Assembly: GCA_013378385.1 (NCBI GenBank) | Contig: JACAFS010000024.1 | Span: 1 to 15,035 of the forward strand | Origin: Nitrososphaerota archaeon | Lineage (GTDB): Archaea > Thermoproteota > Nitrososphaeria > Nitrososphaerales > UBA57 | DNA: 15,035 bases | Reading direction: 5' to 3' | Shown here: one piece after another, positions 14,819-15,035 of the stretch | Numbering within the stretch: position 1 is the first letter of the stretch | How the letters are laid out: every line of letters starts with the position of its first letter | Notes under the pieces: model-generated | Databases searched by the model: none | The model's input: the letters and a program-made list of their open reading frames with translations, nothing else | What the model was told of the DNA's origin: nothing | Translations under genes and position numbers: made by a program

Positions 14819-15035
14819 ATGACTAAAATAGAAAAACCTTGGGGATACGAGATTCATTGGGCAAAAACAGACGGATATGTCGGGAAGCTTCTCTTTATCA
14901 ATGCTGGACATCGCCTCTCAAAACAATATCACGAAGTGAAAGAAGATACTCTCTATGTTCTCAGCGGAGTTCTACCCAACTACGACGAACACGACACGCC
15001 AATGAAAATACTTCCAGGTGAGTCATTTCACGTCA
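14819..15035 (+). CDS. Second cupin-domain protein (PMI type II-like), 5' part only; runs off the window end
   Basis: Hand translation of frame 2 gives 72 codons with no stop: MTKIEKPWGYEIHWAKTDGYVGKLLFINAGHRLSKQYHEVKEDTLYVLSGVLPNYDEHDTPMKILPGESFHV. It shares PWGYE, GKLLF.N.G, YH..K.E..Y.LSG and PG..FHV with the cupin at 11684-12043. The track ORF 14839-15021 is in a different frame. Confidence 0.75.
   Translation, partial: MTKIEKPWGYEIHWAKTDGYVGKLLFINAGHRLSKQYHEVKEDTLYVLSGVLPNYDEHDTPMKILPGESFHV

Noticed and set aside
14839-15021. Track ORF encoding MGIRDSLGKNRRICREAS...
   Set aside because: It is out of frame with the SD-supported cupin ORF that starts at 14819, and its product is Arg/Ser-rich with no motifs.
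1-15035. A defence system, toxin-antitoxin pair, CRISPR array, mobile element, tRNA or rRNA.
   Set aside because: I found no repeat-spacer periodicity and no Walker-A P-loop (GxxxxGK[ST]); near-matches such as YGDGKS and ISGKS lack the pattern. I saw no nuclease, integrase or transposase motifs, no terminal inverted repeats, and no non-coding stretch longer than 5 nt that could hold an RNA gene.

Overview
The window is one uninterrupted plus-strand gene array of 21 CDS. The first and last run off the window edges. The largest intergenic gap is 5 nt, and most junctions are overlapping stop/start pairs (ATGA, TTGA, GTGA, TAATG), many preceded by clear Shine-Dalgarno motifs, so the source is prokaryotic or phage. 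All recognisable genes concern nucleotide-sugar synthesis and glycan assembly.

Contents by motif:
- Five or six glycosyltransferases: GT4-like, a two-domain GT-B+GT-A fusion, a possible GT-D, a GT11 alpha-1,2-fucosyltransferase, and one CgeB-like.
- A UDP-GlcNAc 2-epimerase.
- A GNAT acetyltransferase next to an unusually short DegT-type PLP aminotransferase.
- Two FkbM-family methyltransferases.
- GDP-L-fucose synthase plus a paralogous SDR and a third SDR.
- A 3' module: minimal HAD phosphatase, cupin, a DUF4254-like gene interrupted by an in-frame TGA, a DUF962 membrane protein, separate HldA-like heptose kinase and HldC-like adenylyltransferase genes, an RmlB-like 4,6-dehydratase, and a second cupin missing from the ORF track.

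I saw no tRNA or rRNA, CRISPR array, transposase or integrase, convincing terminator, or defence-type ATPase or nuclease motif. I also saw no flippase, polymerase, ABC exporter or lipid-carrier priming transferase, so the acceptor of this glycan is unclear. Function calls rest on motif recognition from memory, not database searches. The organism cannot be determined from the window.
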